A stretch of 55,135 nt of DNA, the filler included, from Sphacelaria rigidula (taxonomy: Eukaryota), in the NCBI GenBank assembly GCA_964200075.2. It is 3 parts of 3 records of this genome, joined end to end, with 100 filler letters (N's around TTAATTAATTAA, not from the genome) between each part and the next. Parts side by side here need not be neighbours in the genome. Positions count along the whole stretch, not along the records: positions 18,417 to 36,728 come from CAXNAA020000878.1; positions 36,829 to 55,135 come from CAXNAA020000879.1; 1 more part is not named here. The stretch is one strand, 5' to 3'. The notes below the pieces were generated by a model. It saw only the letters and a program-made list of their open reading frames with translations, did not search any database and was not told the origin of the DNA. Made by a program: the position numbers and the translations under genes. Positions 34,206-47,959 of the stretch are shown piece by piece. Each line of letters opens with the position of its first letter. The first letter of the stretch is position 1.

Positions 34206-35254
34206 TGTTATGTGGCACGTGACGCGCTACAAATTCACCAAAACAGCCTGTTTTTCACATCTGGAACATTTCAACACTGCTTCAAGGGTCACGCGTTACA
34301 TCACGTTACGTTTCATTTGTCCCGTCTAGAAATCAAACCTCACGTAGCGTTAAATAACCCGAAGTCACGTGTTTTCAAATGCGTCACATGTGTCACGTGT
34401 ATAGCTATGAAATGTTTGGACTACAACGCAGCACTTTGAAGAGCTGGCCCGCGGTGCTCGCAAGCGTTCGAGAGTCATCGGGTACCTTGCCAGTGACACC
34501 CCGGGTCATGTCGGAGTGTAAAAAGCGACGTGGGTTGGCGGGAGTCGCCTCCTCGGGTCTGCGAAGGCGAGCAAACGACGAGATCGGCACCCTTTCCGTG
34601 TCTGAGAAATCTAACAGCAACGGCAAAAGTCGACAAAAATGGGTGACTTGGACTTCTTCAAAATTACAGGACTCCTCCAAAAAAGATTATTTTTAATAAT
34701 AATAATGGACCTCAGTTCCGTGGCAACGATCTAAACTAACGAAATCATCTCCTCAGCGCCGCTCGAGGCAGTGCCCTCGTTCCTGACAGTACCTCGTGCT
34801 CAATAGCCCCGCTATACAACACGACAGCACGCTCCGCTGGGGACACCACGTGAAAAGCAACGTAACGGTATCCGCTACCCCAAATACTTTGACGCCGATA
34901 CTTCACGCAGTCTGCCTCGAATGTTAGTTAAATGTTCTCGTCCATTTCATCCGCACATACTCAATAAAATCGCCGTTCTGCTGACTATGCCCTCCTCCAT
35001 CACTTCCCGCTGTGCCGAAGTTCCCGCTCTCTTCACCACCTCATGAATGAACAACAAATAATCACATCGTTCAGCTCGCGTTTGCCACGAGAAAATCAAA
35101 CTGCCTCATGATCGAGTGCCGGGGCACTGTCATACCGACGCTGTACGCTATTTTACCACCAGCGTGGATACGACCTCATAGAAATCAAAACTTCGCACGA
35201 ATGTCGGTCGAAGAGATCATCCCACTATTTGCGACACCATGGCATGGCTCTGCA

Positions 35255-35305
35255 CGCTTCATGATGAACAGAAGGTTCTGGGTTCGAATCCCGACTCCCG
35301 CCAAC
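35255..35305 (+). mobile_element. tRNA-like 3' half (B box), probably a decayed SINE head
   Basis: GAAGGTTCTGGGTTCGAATCCC; no complete cloverleaf is evident. Confidence 0.4.
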
Positions 35306-36728
35306 GCGGCGGAAGATAATAACCCCTTAAATTTAAGCGGGCAACGAAAATTCGTAAAACATTGGTGGGCAACTACAAAATATTAGTGGGGTGTTCCTGG
35401 TGGAATACTATCAAGGAGAGCCGACAAGCTCACGGGAGAGGTTCTTGCGGAGGTTGTTGACTTGGCAACCCAACGCACGCAGAAGAAACATGGAGAAAGG
35501 TGTACAGTATAAATATCGTCACCGCTGGCCGGCGCAAAAGGCTACTGTACCTCTGCACGCCTCTTCTCCCGAACCTATAAAAAGGCTCCAACAAAAGGAG
35601 GGTGATGCGGGTATTACCACAGAGAGAGGAAATACTCACACGATCGAAAGTAAAGGAAACCGCCTCTTCTTCACCACAAGGTGTCTGACCTTTTGTGCCG
35701 TGGGCGGGCGTCAGCGAGCCGGCAGAGGCGCGTTCTCGAGCTTCACCCTGAGCCTGCTCCAACAGCTCAGTCTGCGCCACACCGTCCAGTACAATCAAAC
35801 TCCAATCGGTTTGGTCGCTGTTTTGCGGGGAGAACGCGCCAGTTCGCACCGCCCATGTTTCTGTTGCCCTCTGGGCTTTTCAGTAGCCTCTGGAATACTA
35901 ACAAAGGCTGGGCGGGTGGTGCAATGGCGAGAGTTGGCGAATTGCTGGGGCTCTGCTGACGGCACTGTCGAACGAAATTACAAAGAGCTGTACGCTGACA
36001 TACTCTGTCATTTAGACGTCCCTGATTCTGTATTCTGGTTCATTGAGGTTACGTGGAGAGATGGCGATATTCTCCATCACCTACAGAACGCCCTGCGGCG
36101 TGCCTTGCGAGGTCCTTCCAGCTTTCAAAAGGCAAAACCTCTCTACAGGAATTAACCCTTTGATGTTCGAGAGGTAGAAGCTGAATTTTCGAGGAGGAGG
36201 TTGAATCGTTATGAGGCTCAACGGCGTTACTGCTGGTGCTCCACATACAACACGTGACTTCACGAATTGCGGGTGTTGAGTTTCTTAGGATGAACGTTGG
36301 TAAGGTTCGAAACCGCTATGAGCATCGAGTTGTTGTCCAAAAAAAGAATATCGAATGCATCATCCGGTCGCGATGTGTGGCCTCTTTTCCTAAAAAACAA
36401 AATCCATCCGCAATTTGTGAAATCCCGTGTTAACAGGGGACTCCCATAAATACGAAAAAAAAATGTACGGTTGTGTACGGGAATAAACGGAGATCGAAAC
36501 CGTTCGGCATAAACACAGAATTTTTCAAATTGCCGATGGATTCTTTGGAGGATGACGGAGGCCACAACTCGCGGCCGGAGAGGGCATTTTTTCATCTTTT
36601 TCCCCGATTTTCGATACTTTTGAAGGTTCCCAAGGTTCATCCTCAAAAATATCCATCAGCAATTAACAACAAATTGTGCGAATTGAGGTTTAACTTTGAG
36701 ATGAGGTTCAAGCCTAAAACAGTGCTTT

Positions 36729-36828
36729 NNNNNNNNNNNNNNNNNNNNNNNNNNNNNNNNNNNNNNNNNNNNTTAATTAATTAANNNNNNNNNNNNNNNN
36801 NNNNNNNNNNNNNNNNNNNNNNNNNNNN
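36729..36828. other. assembly gap with artificial spacer
   Basis: N-run with a central TTAATTAATTAA. Confidence 0.95.
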
Positions 36829-37095
36829 ATTTCGTCTGCCCCTGCTGCCTTCCTGTTCTTGAGTTTAGCTACGCGCTCCTTTACTTCATCTCTAGTAAAC
36901 TCTCTCTGCAATTCTGTTGAGTCACTATCCTCCCGTTTCGACGTCTCTACCTTTGTCTTTGCCCACGTGTCGATTTCTTTTTCGAATTTCTTGTCGAACT
37001 CCGTGGTTGTTTCTGGTGTTCCTAGTTCACTGTAATGCGCGACCATCACTTCTTTTTCCCCCTTCGAACTACTGACCATTTTACCGTTCCGTGCC
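36829..37095 (-). mobile_element. LINE ORF2 fragment (region just upstream of RT), running into the gap
   Basis: Encodes ...HYSELGTP...ELQREFTRDEVKERVAKLKNRKAAGADE, matching the FTxxEV...LKxxKAxGxD motif of non-LTR retrotransposon ORF2. Confidence 0.85.
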
Positions 37096-37123
37096 CGGGA
37101 GAGGAGGGGGGGGGGGGGGTTGC

Positions 37124-37211
37124 TAGAGGTATCTTCAACTCGGGGTTCCGGTATATTTGACCGTAAATTACTGTGAAACATGCCGCGAACCTTGAGTTTG
37201 AGATACCCCTG
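37124..37211. mobile_element. very short hAT-like MITE
   Basis: TAGAGGTATCTTCAACTCGGGGTTC pairs with GAACCTTGAGTTTGAGATACCCCTG (reverse complement CAGGGGTATCTCAAACTC). Confidence 0.45.
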
Positions 37212-37529
37212 CTATTATAACCCGAATCGCACACATCGCGGTTGACCGCAGATTTTTTTATGCAAGTATTTCTGTGAAGGTATGCAGACCCGGTTTCTTT
37301 CCTATTCCGTCATGGGTACAGAGGTTTGCCCTGTATGCACCTGGTGCAGGTAAGCTGGCATGGTGGGGAGCCAGTGTGTTGTATGTCTATGCTGATATCT
37401 ATCTGCAGACATGCGATTTTCCGCAGAGCTGCTTGTAGGAGTGAAACTTGCCAACGAATATATGGCTCACTTGCATCCACCACCCCCTGTTCGCACTGGC
37501 AGTGGACGCCATGTTACCTTAGAGTAGGG

Positions 37530-37945
37530 GCATATGTGGGCGCGCCAGCCCGTGCCACACAGGAGGAACGCCAACACCGGAGTTTTTCATTATTTTTCAG
37601 TACTCCACCTTCCTTTCGCGATGGGCATCGGTGCATACGGTATCAGTCAGTCGGCGAGCAGTGGTGGTACGTTCAGATGTGTGTGTGTGTTGTCATCCCA
37701 TCTTTCCTGGACGCCAGCAGTCAACACCTTATTTCGGAATGTATGTGGGCACATTAGCCGGAGTCACGCAAGACGAAGGCCAGCACGGGAGTTATTTTTT
37801 ATTTTGTTCTAGTACTCCACCTGCTTTCTGCGTTGCTCGCCTTATTTTTTTACCGCGAAAAGGATTCAGCAGTTCCTTTCCCTCGTCGATCATGCAGTCG
37901 AACTTCGGATACACACGACATAGTCGCTCTCTACTTTTGGGCAGT
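37530..37945 (-). mobile_element. two headless copies of the SINE body
   Basis: ATATGTGGG..C.CCAGCC...AGTACTCCACCT...CACGACATAGTCGCT is shared with 39790-40060. A (CA)n tail lies at ~37678-37690. Confidence 0.75.
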
Positions 37946-38020
37946 ATTATTGTATTCGTCACATAAGCTCGATCTCTGGAACTCGTGGTCACAGAGTGCA
38001 AGGAGCATGCCACCCATACC

Positions 38021-38318
38021 CAACAATGTTTTCGTGAGATCGAGAGTTACGCGTCGATTGTGAGTGACTTCCATCATTCCCTTTAAGTTGACCAATTACT
38101 TACTCCATGTGTACTTTTTTTTGCCTTTGTCACTGACGTGTGCTTACAGCTACATATCGATATCCGGGTCGAGGATATCAAGGGCTTCAGTGCAAGCTAT
38201 TGCAGGAAGTATATCGGGCTTCGTGGAGGGGCATTTCGGAACTAAAACGATTATTCACTGATTGACCGCTTTTCACTCTCAATCGTATCCTCTACCCTCA
38301 AGCTCACCGAAACGGTGG
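38021..38318. mobile_element. ~300 bp MITE (same family as 53872-54168, opposite orientation)
   Basis: TIR-like CAATGTTTTCGTGAGATCGAGAGT; the interior matches the reverse complement of 53880-54100. Confidence 0.8.
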
Positions 38319-38419
38319 TACCCATAAATCAAACAGCCCGTAGAGGAAGGCGAGAAACAAACATTTGCACGAAAACTGTGAGGCTAAAGAGGGAAAAATT
38401 CACACCCTGGACATTGCAA

Positions 38420-39545
38420 TGTTTTCAATATATATATATTAGTCGATCATATTGGAATTTTACGAGATATTGCCGGCGTGATATATATTGGTACCCTTGG
38501 ACTGCACACGTATTGCGCGCCCAATATATATTGGTGTCGTGGGACTGCATGCATATTGCTCGCCCAATACATATACCAGCTGTGGGGTTGAACACATGTT
38601 GTCCCATCAATATATATATACATATATATTGGAGCAGCGTGGGCGACAGCATATTGCACGACCAATATACATTAGGGTCGCATTGGTGAGAACATATTGA
38701 CCGGTCAATATATTTATATTGGGTCTACGTGGGTGTCAATGTATCGGCCGATCAATATATATACATGTATATATTGGATATTATAAGTATGGTGACGCTT
38801 CAAGAAAGATCTAGAGACGCGATGGATGCCGGAGCTCGTGCAGATTGAGAAAAGCTTCAACGGGAGCCGCAGAAGTACGCGTGCATCACCACGGAGAGTT
38901 GTCACACACACACACAGATATATACATATATGTATGCTGGTCAGAGAATGTAGTGACAGAAGAGGCGACCCGGTATATATGCCTCCTGATACCCATCTGG
39001 CCACCGATGCGGGGCCGCCCATCCCCTGCCCAGCATTTAATTAGTATATCTTGGCTAAATATCACGATGACAGAAAACGCGGGTCGATAATATGCGCCTT
39101 TTGGTATCCCTGTGGTCACCGGGGCTGTGTTGCTTATACCCTGGACAATACAATATATTCCAATATGATACCAATAATTTGTATTAGAGCCAGCGCAAAT
39201 ATTTTCCTTTCAATATATATTGTGTCGAGATGTCCTCGGAGACATTGAAGCAACAATATATATTGCTCGTGTCATGATCATGAAGTAATGTATGACAGTA
39301 TGTATTGGACATGCGTTTGCTCCGGGAATAAAACATTAATATATATTGTGCATGCCGGCAGTGTATGTATTGAAGTGTCAATATATCTCGAGTCGAAGCG
39401 ATGGGTAGCATATTGTTACCATAATATATATTGAACGCAAACCATGCAAGAGTATCGTTTTTCCAATATTTATTGCGCACGCTCATCGCATAGCTGTTGT
39501 GCAGCCAATACGTATTGAACACGCTCGCGGCGGAGTATATTGAGC
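38420..39545. repeat. AT-rich element built of ATATATTG/CAATATAT sub-repeats
   Basis: Dense ATATTG/CAATAT motifs in two blocks flank a more GC-rich centre. Confidence 0.55.
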
Positions 39546-39789
39546 GTTTTCAGCATGTGGAAGACCTCAAAGCGGTGCCTGTGGTGCCGATTTGGACAAA
39601 AGTGCGTTCTTCGCACGCTAGGAGCACTCGGGACTGTCAGCCCCACTAAAGATCCGATCAGTGGTGTTCAGACTCAAATCGAGCATGTTTGAGACCATGG
39701 ATTTGCGTCGGTACACTTGGGTAAACTATACTGATCGCAGAAGTACTCCGTGAAACTTCGCTGCATAGGATCAACACCTAACCCACCAC

Positions 39790-40151
39790 CTGCGAGTGTG
39801 CTGTCATTCCATATATTCTGGACGGCAGTCTACACCTTTCGGTATATGTGGGAGCACCAGCCGGGGTCACACGGGAGGAAGGTCAAGACAGGAACTCTTT
39901 CTTTTAGTTTATTTGTTTTAGTACTCCACCTTCCTCCTGCGGTGCTTGCCTTTGCTTTTTATCGCGAGAGGGGTTTAGCAGTGTCTTTTCCTCGTCGACC
40001 GTTAGATCGAATTTTGTGTACCCACGACATAGTCGCTTTCCGCTGTTGGGCATTGAGTGAGAAAAAAAAGAACCAGGTCGCTCCGAGATTCGAACCCACA
40101 ACCCAACCAGCGGAAGGTTTCGATGTCACCAACTAAGCCGCCGGGGCGACC
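39790..40151 (-). mobile_element. tRNA-derived SINE
   Basis: The minus strand starts GGTCGCCCCGGCGGCTTAGTTGG (A box-like) and continues to GGGTTCGAATC (B box). The body that follows is repeated at 37530-37945. Confidence 0.8.
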
Positions 40152-43100
40152 GTTCTATCGGTTACCCACTGACGAAATTGAAATATCCGGATCTTCTCCA
40201 CAAAGCCAGCTAACTACAAGATAACGCTAATCATGTCCCTAACCCCAACGAAGGGGGACCATTAAACCTGGAGCAAAGCGGGTCCACTGATGTCCTCTAC
40301 GCAAAGTGCGCGTCGTAGCGTTGCCTAGGCGCGCGGTGATACAAATGTGCCCCTTACATCCCACGGAACCTGGTGAGATGAACACCTAGTGAAAGCTCCT
40401 CTGAACATTCGGATCTGATTATTACGCCCGAGATGGTAATCGCTGCTGGCACCGTGTCGCCCAACACTCATGTCTAAGTAGTGGCCTAATGATGCCTTCA
40501 GACTAGTTCCCACTCTTTGTAGGGCGAAGACTCTCGGATGCTGTCGCCACATGGCAAGGAAGTATTTCTCTTGCGGCTTGAAGAAGAGCTCCTACTATGA
40601 CCGTGAGGACTATTGGTGCCCTCATACCCCACCAATGCCGGAAGACTGATGCAGTGCAGGAGCTGCTCTTGTCCTCTGCCCACCACCTTGAAAGAAGTCC
40701 TGATTTGAACTGCTCACTACACCCCTGGCTAAGTCTCAGCAGTCATGTTTTGAGTTCAACTCATGCAAACTATTGTGCCAACGCAAGTTTGTGCAATTCA
40801 ATGGCTCGAAGTCGCACGAATTTAATTCACACCCCCTTTGCTCAGATGGCCCCAGAGGAATGAAAGTTAGTACGACTTGGAGCCCTTGATGTAGGCTAGG
40901 TTGCATTGACGTACTACTCGGAGGCGTTGATTTACCTTGGTTCGTGCTGACACACCGATTTGTATTGGCACCATGACCCAATGCAAATTAGTGCAAAACA
41001 AGGCATGTGACAGTTTCGTGGTGTACGAAATGGGCGCACCAAAAAAACCCGACAAGGCAATCGGTACATCAGAAAGCCACTGGAGTCTGGGACATCTACG
41101 GGCTGAATCGACGGCGTTGATTAATGTTTGGATATAGGGACGTCAAATGCCGTAGAACCGCGATGTTGGAAGCAACGCGATATGCGTCTTTCTGGGACGC
41201 CCTCAAAACCTCGGAAATCTGTGCGCAACACCCTACATGTGTGATAGTCCGTATCTACTCTGCTCCATACGTTGCGGTCATTGAGTCTACCCGAGACCGC
41301 ACTCGTGTCCGATTATGAAGACGTTTTGTTCATCGTGTTCCTTGGCGTTTTAGAGGTTCAAACTTTTTTTTTTCCTCATCTTCCGAACCATGCGGCCCAA
41401 CGGCCGGGAAAACAATCTGTCCGCCTGGAAATTTCCATGTTTCACTAACATTCCGGGGGGAAACAATTGAAAACAAATATGTTCTTGAGCGTTAGTCGTC
41501 CTCCGCATCGCTGCTACTTGATGCGAGGTGCTCCAGTGCCATCTCAAAGCCCCTCTTATCGCTAGCGACCTTCCTCGGAAACACTGCCGTCCTTTGGCAC
41601 GTCCTTTCTACGATGTGCTCGACACTGAAGGCGTTATCGACAAACCTCCTGAACAAGTTTGACAAAATCTCAATTTCTCCCTCTCGAGATACGAGCCTGG
41701 TCTGGCGAGAACCCGGTGTCCTCCGTCTCGGCTTGGTAGGGATGCGAGGTCAATGGTCAGATGACTATGGCATGCAAGATCATGAGTACACCCCCCCGAA
41801 GTTGGTCATTGTCGACACGAATTTCGAGTGGAAAGTATACGTCAGATTTTTTTTGTCTTCCAAACGTTTTTTTCCCCAACGATAACAACTTTAGTGCCGT
41901 ACACATACGCCGTTGGGGTGAGCGCTCCTTGTTAACTCATGACCCTAACGTATGGGGCAGAGGACGTGTGCAGAAGGTTTTCGGTTGCTTCCGCCGCCAA
42001 GCTCGGTGTAACAATTCCAATATTCTCTGTAGATACACAAAAGTAATTCGTCCTTCGGTTAATACCTTTTTTTTATGTTGTCATCACCGGGCATGACCTC
42101 GGCATTCGCGGGTTTAAGTTCGGGGGGCCTATCGAAAGACTCGTTCGAAGCGGCTGCACAACGTGGCACCTGATAAATAAAAGCGATTCGAAAACAAATC
42201 CCTACGCACCATCAAACCGCACACCTGCACTCACCGCATATGAACATAGTCGAAAATCGATCAAAATGAAAATGACGAATTTGAAGAGGCACATAATGCT
42301 TGGTTACCTCATCACAACATCACCGAAGGCTGTAGTGCGTTTCCACCGCGTAAACGGGAGTCCGTGTATGCTGGGAGGTAGGTGGGGACATGCATCAAAC
42401 ATGAGAAGTCGACGCACACGTCACCCCAGGAGGCGGGGTTTGGCTCAGGTGGGGCGTTGGCGTGATGGTTGCTGGTAATCGTTGCCGCACGGAGATTAAA
42501 CACTAGGGACGAGAAGATCCGAATAGGTGAACAAAATTGGCGAAGGTAAGGGTCGAGGAGTGCGGAATGAAACACAGACCCATAGACACCGCTTCGGAGA
42601 GACTCCAGTGGACCAGTGGAGCATTTGTTGGGATGGCAGTGTTTCAGCCCTTGGACTGCCAGCATTGGTCATCTGTTGAATCGGCATCGACTACACTTAT
42701 AAAAAATCATGCTCCAGCCACATGGCCTGCCCTCGCCGTCAAGGGATCAACGCATGCATGGTGTGTGACGGTGGGTGGATGACACAGAAAGAAGGGCGAG
42801 AGCCCTCTTCACGTTGGTGGCAGAGGACTTCTCCGGACAGAGGGGTCCGCCGCGCGACGTGTGGAAGAAAGCGCGCGGCACGGATAGGAAAAAATGTTTC
42901 CCCCCGCAAACTGTCGGAACGGACGGAGGGCTCGGACGAGGGACAAGTGTACTCTAAATCAAATGATGCCCCTCGTCGGGAAGCCCGTATAAGATAAATG
43001 CTACCCTGTGAAGCGTTGAGAGAATATTCTCGAGGACTCCGAAGAAAACTTTCATGTATTAAACGGTTATATCAGTGACTCGATACATCTAGTGAGCCCC

Positions 43101-43466
43101 GCCAGCGCAACATATTCAATCAGAAAGCCATGGATGCGGCACACTTGAGCAGCGGTCTGACGGAGTTTCGTGGACTGTGGCGCCGGAAATGTTGCAAAAA
43201 GTGGCCGTTCCACAGGACATGACCCTATCCACCTGTGATAATGATGGGCCTCGGGCGGACATCATTTGATGATGATGCATTTGTTTCATGTCGCACATTT
43301 GTTTGTTCAAGAAAGAGAGGTAACTGATAGTCGCCGTGTTGTCAGTGTTTCACTTCGAGTACGAGGCTGGGCAAGGGTGCAAGATGTTGAATCTTGACAA
43401 AATGCAGTCCTCACTCCCAAACTTCGGATTTTCCACTATTCCATTTGTGCGCTGTTCATTCTTATG

Positions 43467-43724
43467 CACACGTCGGACAGGTCATGAGCTACCTGATATT
43501 AACAAGTCGAAGAGAACTCTCAGATCCATTGTGCAAAAACACAAAAAACGTGACAGCAGTGTGCGAGAAGACAAAGCATTATCTTCCCGCTACACGGCGT
43601 GCTCGGCGTACATTGCTGTCGGGACCTAATACGGAAATAGTGGCCGAATGAGCTAGCTCATGATCCGCATCAGTACTCTAATAACAAGTAATATACAGGT
43701 AGCTCATGAGCTGTCCGACGTGTG
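43467..43724. mobile_element. MITE of the CACACGTCGGACAG family, 8-bp TSD
   Basis: ~30-bp TIRs CACACGTCGGACAG(G/C)TCATGAGCTACCTG. The perfect TSD TTCTTATG lies at 43459-43466 and 43725-43732. Confidence 0.93.
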
Positions 43725-46700
43725 TTCTTATGACAGCCGTGAATATACGAGCGTATGCGTACGTTTGGCGGGTGAAAATTGGCAGAAAATGCAGGATGCA
43801 GGCAGCCATGCTTGCAAAGCGATCGTAATGTAATTATTGTGCTGGATTCGCCGTGCATATTTCTTGTCTCTTACCGGACATGTCGTCGCCGCTCATCATT
43901 TTTCGTTTTCCCCATCAAAAGTATGTTCATTGTGTTGGGGTATTTGACACAGTCCGTAATTGTGCAGGACGTCTTCGAAGCACACACATGGATGGATATC
44001 TGGCCACCTGCCCGGCAAATCGCAATATTACCTGAGAACTTATGGTTTAGTTGTTCTCAATAACAGATATTCCTCCACGATTGGGAGGACTTCCTGCATG
44101 AACACAAATTCGACAGCGATTGAGAAGTTGTCCCGCGCGAACGTATATTCGACAACAATTTGGGATTTTGTCCTGAAAGATCAGATATCCAACAACGTTC
44201 GGGGAACGTTTTCTGAATGAACGTATATTAAAAAAAGAAATCGGAAGAAATTCTCAAGTGAGTACGCGATCTGACAACGTTTTGCCTATTGTTCTATACC
44301 GAGTGCGATGTCTGACAGCGTTTTGAAGAACATTTATAAATTTCATGCAATATTCGTTAACGTTTAACCCTTTTGGGACCGACACCCCACTAACACAGGG
44401 TTGACCCTGTGTTGGTGAAATAATAAAAACAAGTCTTCGAGCGACCTGCCCAATCACGGCGAGGCGAAATTTATTGACCAGACCCGAACGACCAGTGCTG
44501 GGATTGTCGGCGAGTATGATGCCACTGTAAAGATCGTGTGGGGACCCTATCCCTGGCCCAGATGAGGCTTCGCAGGTTTCCAAGTGCAGGGCGGTCGGAA
44601 CTTGGTTACCTGATATGACTTGCACTCAGTATACCGTTCCCGAGTTTTCCGGTGTTTTTTTTGGGTCACAATTCTTTACTAAAACGTAGTAATTACACTC
44701 ACACAGGGTCGACCGGAAAAGCCGGGGAGGAGTGTACATGCCACGATGTGGTCATTTTCACCACGCCCTTAAACCAGGTGGGCCGTGGAAAGACAAAAGG
44801 ATCTACTGTCATGAGTTCTGTTTATCCCTCTGGCGATGACTTGCAGGATGCAGTGAACAAGTACGTGGTGGATGGGGATCGAGAAGCTGTATATAGGCAG
44901 TTGATCACGGTAGCCGAAAACTGCCCAAAACGTGCAAGGGTGTATGCAGCGGCAGCTGCTGCTTCAGTCGTAGAGGGGTACTACACTGTACTGTATACCA
45001 TACTGTTGTATGCATGAGCGCCGCAACGCTGATTCCCTTCGAAGAGAAGTTGCTGCATGCAACAAGGGGGGAAATGGCGGCCCACCCCGACCACAAAGAG
45101 CTGTGTGGCAAGGTGATGGGGACAATAGTATCATCCAAAGCCACGAGAGGCGGGCGGCCCGCCGGTCACCGCATCCTGTTGAAAGCTAGCTCTTTACCAC
45201 GGCTCATGCTGCTTTCTACATCAGATGTACACCACCTAATGCGCATCTTGCACCTGAAAATAGTTCGGATGAAACTTTCGGTCTTCGTCATAACTCCGCG
45301 GTTACATACGCGGGTTTTCAGCAACACGCCACTGTTTCGTGCAGACGCCAGACAGGTCATTCCTGACCAGCCTACTTGGTCGTTCTGGAGGCCCGGTCCC
45401 AACAGGGTTAAGTACTTTCTCCAATTGTGAACAGGCGGTCATACGTTTTATTTCGCTGGAGGACGTGTGGCAAAGTCATTCTTCGGTCGTTTGGAAGCAT
45501 GCTACTGTTTTATGTTTTTCGAGAGGGAATGAAGTAAGCGCAGCCGTTGGCAGGTTGTTGGCAGCCAAACCTTTTAGGGGCCGTCGTGACTGATTTGCAC
45601 TTTGATGACCATTATCCTAGTGGCGGGGAAGACGGGGGTTGACGGGAAGGATGCTCATAAGGGGACACGGGGGGCGAGTTTCCGAAGATCGCGGAATTGG
45701 GTGATGTTAGGGAAAGGGTCGCAAGCTAGCCGATACCCAAGAAGTCGGAGGATGGGTGTTATGCATGTTCACACTCAAGTGAGCCGAGAACTCGCATGGG
45801 TTGCATACAGCAACGGTGAAAGTTAGTAAGTACTTGGGTTTGACTGGACAGGCGGTGGAGTCGCTTTCAAACCCGATGCCTAGCTTTGAGCGGATAGTGT
45901 AGAGATGCGATCTATAGTACAGTAGAGTGCATGGGGGAGTTCAAGAGCGTCTAGATGGGCCCTGACACGGGGTGTGTGTGTTCGAGGCGAGAAGCTGAAG
46001 GTGGGGATTGCTCTCATATCAATACACCCGGAGCTGGTTGCATGGGGGGGGGATGGCTACCTACAGATCGGGTTAGAAATGAAAGGCTTGAACGCGTAAC
46101 CAGGGTCCAGTTGCGTCGGATCATTGGTGAGGCAACAGGATATTGACCTCGTAAAATGCGCGATACATTCGGATCATGCACGATGTGCGACGAGGGTAGC
46201 AGCGGCAGAGAACCAACTTGTCGCGATTCAACGGGAGAGGCATTCGTGCAGCAGCGTATCATGAAGTATTTGCGTGCTAATGTAGAGGATGTGGGGGGAA
46301 GCATCGCACGCCATGTCAACGGAGGTGATGGAAGTAGAGCTCGAGGCCGTGAAATAGACACGATGGGCAAATAAAAGTGATCGGGTGTTGATGTGGGGGA
46401 CAACACGCGGTTCTGAAAATGCAGACGATCCGAACTAGAAACAAGAACGAAAAAAGGGAGAGAAAAGTAGAAGAAAAAAGGAAAGCGGAAGGAAAATAAA
46501 TATAGTGGAGATATGAACACGAAATTAATCATCAAGGAGCATATAGGTGTATGTGCCTTAATGCAGTGAATTTGTATTGATACATGTAAAGGTAAACGTC
46601 CCAATTAAGGTACTCTTGCGGCACCTGACAGGAAAACTCTGGTTCGTGGGAACCACGACACGTAGAACAATGCCCAGAGTATCCAGAGAGAGTGACAACT

Positions 46701-46859
46701 TCATCCTCCACCACCCAAGCGTTCCAAAATTGAAAAATAATCCAGCCAAGTTGCAGGAGTGGATGTGGAGTATGGCTCTATCGAGGTAAAAGTGCGGCCA
46801 AAATACCCTCGGATTCAATAACGGTACACTTTACGCGGCAGTTGATTCCTCGCGACCTT

Positions 46860-47900
46860 AGACGTCTCAGACCTTCTCCTTTGGTACAAATGTTTATGAG
46901 ACAAGTGCGGCCCGTTTTCAAGAAAAATAAATCAATCGATCCGTGGATAAAATCGCCCATCTCCTGTTTTTCGGAACAAACTTCGCCATTACGCCGGTGT
47001 TTGGCAACGCCGTACTCAACGAAAACGATTTTTTTTCCTAACCCATTGGAATACATTTTGATAGTAATATCCCAAAGGTTGGTGTTCATCGGTTTCGATG
47101 AAGGTACTCTATCACGCGCGTTGAGTGGTGCCCCCTAATCACTCATTTTTCAGCAGAAATTGACAGTGACCACGAAAATCGAACACCTGGGACGTTTCAG
47201 GCCTCCTTTGGTACAAATGTGTATGACACTAGCGCGGTCCGTTTTGCAAAAAAAATAGTAATGCAGGGATGAAAATTGTCTATCCCCTGGTTTTCGGAAC
47301 GAATTTCGCAATCAAGTCTGTGTTTGGCAACGCCGTACTCGACGAAAACGTTTTTTTTTCTCCTTCATCAACACATCGAAATACGGTGTAACAGTAATCT
47401 CCCAAAATTTGGTGTTCATGGGTTACAATTAAGGTACTATGACGCATGTTGAGTGATGCCCCCCAATCACCAGAAATCGACAATGACTGCGAAAATGGAA
47501 CACCTAGAACGAGGACGTACCAGATATTTTTCTCTGGCACAAACCTTTACACATCGCAATGCATCACACTGCATCACTTTCCAGCACCAAAGAGGGAAAA
47601 GAGTCCATTCGGGGATAAAAATGGCCTGTCCCCGGATTTTTGGAACAAATTTGAGCATTTTTCTCCGTGTTTGACGACGCCGAACTCGGCGAACACGTCC
47701 GTAGAGCTCTGTGCTCTCTGTTTTTTTAAAGCTACCCAAGTGGAATTAGTTTCGACATAATTCTAGCAAGAATTTGGTGTTGAACGGATGTGACCGAGTT
47801 ATAATGAAACACGTTTGCTGCCCCCCCGCCCCCCCCTTCCCCCTCAAACACACAAAATTCTCGCCAAAATCGACAATGCCTACGAGAACGGCAGACGTAG
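46860..47900. repeat. three diverged tandem units of ~330-380 bp
   Basis: GACGT..CAG...TGG.ACAAA, GTGTTTG.C.ACGCCG.ACTC and TTGGTGTT.A recur in units starting at ~46861, ~47191 and ~47514. Confidence 0.8.
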
Positions 47901-47959
47901 CTCACAGATAGCAACGAGCACGAAACAGAGCAAGCTAAGCAGCGAAAACTTCGCCGGAT

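Noticed and set aside
35391-36155. 254-aa ORF
   Set aside because: It has a non-ATG start, no recognisable motif and no convincing splice structure, so it cannot be supported as a gene.
40075-40151. Possible functional tRNA gene
   Set aside because: The cloverleaf and anticodon arm are not convincing, and it is fused to a repeated body, so it is treated as a SINE head.
45600-46560. Possible C-terminal remnant of a non-LTR retrotransposon on the minus strand
   Set aside because: The resemblance is only vague, with many stops and no diagnostic motif.
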